Positions 61,436 to 64,000 of a stretch of 64,000 nucleotides of DNA are shown here, piece by piece (position 1 is the stretch's first letter; the number at the start of each line of letters is the position of its first letter). The stretch is from Vitrella brassicaformis CCMP3155 (lineage: Eukaryota; Protista; Chromerida): positions 1-64,000 of the forward strand of contig CDMY01000224.1 of assembly GCA_001179505.1 (NCBI GenBank), in the 5' to 3' direction. Below the pieces are notes generated by a model that did not search any database, was not told the DNA's origin, and worked only from the letters and a program-made list of their open reading frames with translations. The position numbers were made by a program, and so were the translations under genes.

Positions 61436-62980
61436 CTACACACTGATGATCCGCAGACAGTCGGGTGCCAGTGAGAGCAGGTACGAGACAGTGGCCCAGT
61501 CGCCGGCACACAGGGCCTTGATGCCCTGCAGCACCACTCCCGCCGCCAACACGCTATACCACACCGACGTGCGCACGTCCGAATCGAAACCGACCACATT
61601 CACCTGAACACACCAGCAGACAGAGGATCGCCTGCATCATATGATGTGTGTGTGAGAGGTGTCAGTGGATGTGTGTTGGCTTGCCGACCGATAGGGAGTC
61701 CTGGTCGTAGTGGACGTAATGCCACCAGCCCCAGGGAATGTACAAACTCTCACCGGCACTGTGGACACACACACCGCCCACACACACACATATAGGCAAG
61801 GGCGGTACCACAGAGCACATTCCTCTCGCGCCCCGTCCACCGGAGAGTGATTTTCAGTGGCGGTGCCGACGACGGAACGACAGACACATCTGCCGATCCG
61901 TTGTTAGCCGGCGCGTCATGAGGGACCATATTGGAGTAGAGGGCGCCGTCGAGTGGCATGCTGCTGGTGGGAGTGAGGAGGTCCGATTGAGAGTAGGGGT
62001 ACAGCCAGAAGGTCTTCTTGCCGGCGATGATGTAGTGGAATATGTGTGGGGCGGCCAGGTCCATGTGCAGCGGGGTGATGGAACCCTTAGGGGCGATCCA
62101 CAGGTACTCCACCAGAGAACCAGCAAAATGCTGAACGAAATGACAGCCAATCGACCGCGAATTCTCTTCCTCCCTCTTCATTGTGTGGCCAGTCACTCAC
62201 CGTGGGCATTGCAAGTCGCCAGTGCAGGTGTCTTCGCAGCCCCGGCAGCTGATTGAACACCTCAATGTCCTCCCGCACGTCAAGCCACCTGCCCCCGCCG
62301 CCCTCGAGGGTGCCATTCCCCTCAGAAAATGCCTGAACCAGCGTGACTGCCCGCTGGATGTCCAGTTTAGTGCTCCCATTGACACTCGAAGGCTCAGAGA
62401 AGGCGTTCAGGGTCACATTGCGGGCGGCGCCGCGCCTCCGCAAGAATGCGGGTGTCCATTTCCCGGCCGGCATGAGGGACTGTAGGCCCTTCATTCTGAC
62501 GGGGATGCAGGCACTGGGGGGAACGGATGAGGGCGGTAGGATGGTGTGAACAGGCTCCAGACGATCAAGGCAGACGCTGCACTCCTCTTCATCCGCCTCA
62601 ACCCTGGCAAGAGGGAACAGACATTCCTCCTCCCCAGCATCTTTCTCTGGCTGGAGTGCCGTCCGCACCAGATCATCCTCACTCAGTGGCCGCATAGCCG
62701 ACAGAGAGACGAGCACCACCTCCGCCCCTCTCAGCAGCTCAGCAGATCCGCATCGGCTGGCCTGCAGCAGCCGGAAGCGCCTCCCAGCCACGAGAGTGAA
62801 GTTGCCATGGGTCGCCGTGTGATGATGCAGTGCAGATGTGTTGGTGTTGGTGTGATCGCACACGTGCAGCCCTGCCGGGCGGAGGGCGAGGAGGAGGGAG
62901 GGCACCGCAACCCAGCCAATGCCGATTGACAGCCCGGCCAGCAACACGCACAAAGGACACCGCACCGCTGCTTTTGGCAT
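61436..62980 (-). CDS. JmjC (cupin-like) 2OG/Fe dioxygenase with N-terminal signal anchor and hydrophobic C-terminus
   Basis: LWIAPKGSITPLHMD (HxD), GKKTFWLYP and AGESLYIPWGWWHYVHY (distal His); N-terminal hydrophobic segment LLAGLSIGIGWVAVPSLLLAL. Confidence 0.88.
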
Positions 62981-63452
62981 GATCGGATCTGAAGGAAGGG
63001 CAGGACGCACGTGTACAGCAACTTCGTAGGGCGGAATCGGCTTCAAAAGTGTTGTTCCTTTCCGTCAGTTTCAAGGCGACCGGTCCCGAAGGGGTCTCTT
63101 GGACGCGTTCGTGGGACATCTCGCTCTAAGGCTCTTTCCTCAGGTGTGCCGTTCATCGGCCAACAGTCCGCGGCGTCTACGATGGAGGTGAGAGGAATTG
63201 GCCTCACACCTATACTGTACATGGCTGGGTCAACAACGTCCACACCGAAAGCACCTTCCACCTGCCTTCCACACGTACGGAAAGTTATCCTACAACCCTC
63301 ACAACACCTGACACTCATGTAATGCCGTCTTCTTGCATGAAGGATCACGCCATGTAGCCAACTGCATCACTGTACGTGGTCCTGGCCAATCCAATTCAAT
63401 ACTCGAAGTATAAAATGCAGGCACCGATAGATACACACCACACATCCGCAGC

Positions 63453-64000
63453 TTAGTTGTCGACGCCTCTCCGTGCCGCCCGTGTGTTGCGCTTGGCCTC
63501 GACCTGCTTCTGCCGGAACGTGTCTCACAGCCGCAGGTGGGCAGCCCTCCTCAAACCTGAGCAGGACCCAACAACACACACACATGCAGGTCATCCATCG
63601 GTTCAGAGTCACCCGTGTCTTCTATAATTCGCTCACTTCTCGAGGACGCGGTCGAGCTGGGTGTTGGTGAAGTCTCAGCCACGCGGCATCTTGCCGCCAC
63701 TGCCGGCAGCAGGGCGACGCCGCGGGCACTTGGCCGCGGGTGTCAGACACCAAATACGCTACGCTCAACATGGTCACTCGACTGGCCCTTGAACACACAG
63801 CCACACACAAAGACATATGGAGACATACATGAATGTCTTCTCCCTGTGCCTCACATACACTTACGGCAGCAGGGGGCCGTTGTGGAGGATGCCGTCGATG
63901 AACGGCTTGTTTTTCTCCCTATCCATGTGGCTGTTGGCCACCTTGGCCTTGGCCTTGTCCACCCTCTCCTGCTCCCCATCCTCCTCCTGCTGGCGCATCG
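63453..64000 (-). CDS. 3' part of a gene running off the window; reading frame interrupted
   Basis: Coding-biased exon MRQQEEDGEQERVDKAKAK...FIDGILHNGPLLP|gtaagt. Further coding-biased stretches DFTNTQLDRVLEK|FEEGC and TFRQKQVEAKRNTRAARRGVDN* are each preceded by an in-frame TGA. Confidence 0.45.

Noticed and set aside
1-64000. CRISPR arrays, tRNA/rRNA, transposons
   Set aside because: Repeats are simple microsatellites. I saw no repeat-spacer arrays, cloverleafs, rRNA motifs, RT/transposase ORFs or terminal repeats.

Overview
Eukaryotic, GC-rich, intron-dense DNA whose introns are full of (AC)n/(TG)n, (GACA)n and (TCCA)n microsatellites. An apicomplexan-type profilin and the overall gene content suggest a chromerid alveolate, probably Vitrella-like (inference). 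I spliced about 21 genes by eye; exon boundaries and family calls are from recall, not database searches. In order: NTAN1, a large secreted PAN/fibrinogen-like protein, PNGase, a coiled-coil/LRR pair, an SLC35/TPT transporter, a SAM + FCS-type Zn-finger protein, a BT1 folate-biopterin transporter, profilin, an AzgA-type purine permease, a hypothetical, CUL4, a hypothetical, ERCC8/CSA, a giant XK-related membrane protein, a frameshifted paralog, a signal peptide-ARM-TM-coiled coil-degenerate RING protein, a TRAF-like RING/Zn/MATH protein, a membrane-anchored JmjC protein and the 3' end of a last gene. Sixteen genes sit in eight tight head-to-head pairs. There is one 300-N gap. I saw no rRNA, tRNA, CRISPR or recognisable transposon. 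Best leads: the divergent receptor-like ARM-TM-RING + TRAF-like pair, the giant XK protein with WxxW motifs, CUL4 next to its substrate receptor CSA, and AC/UG-polarised hairpin introns.
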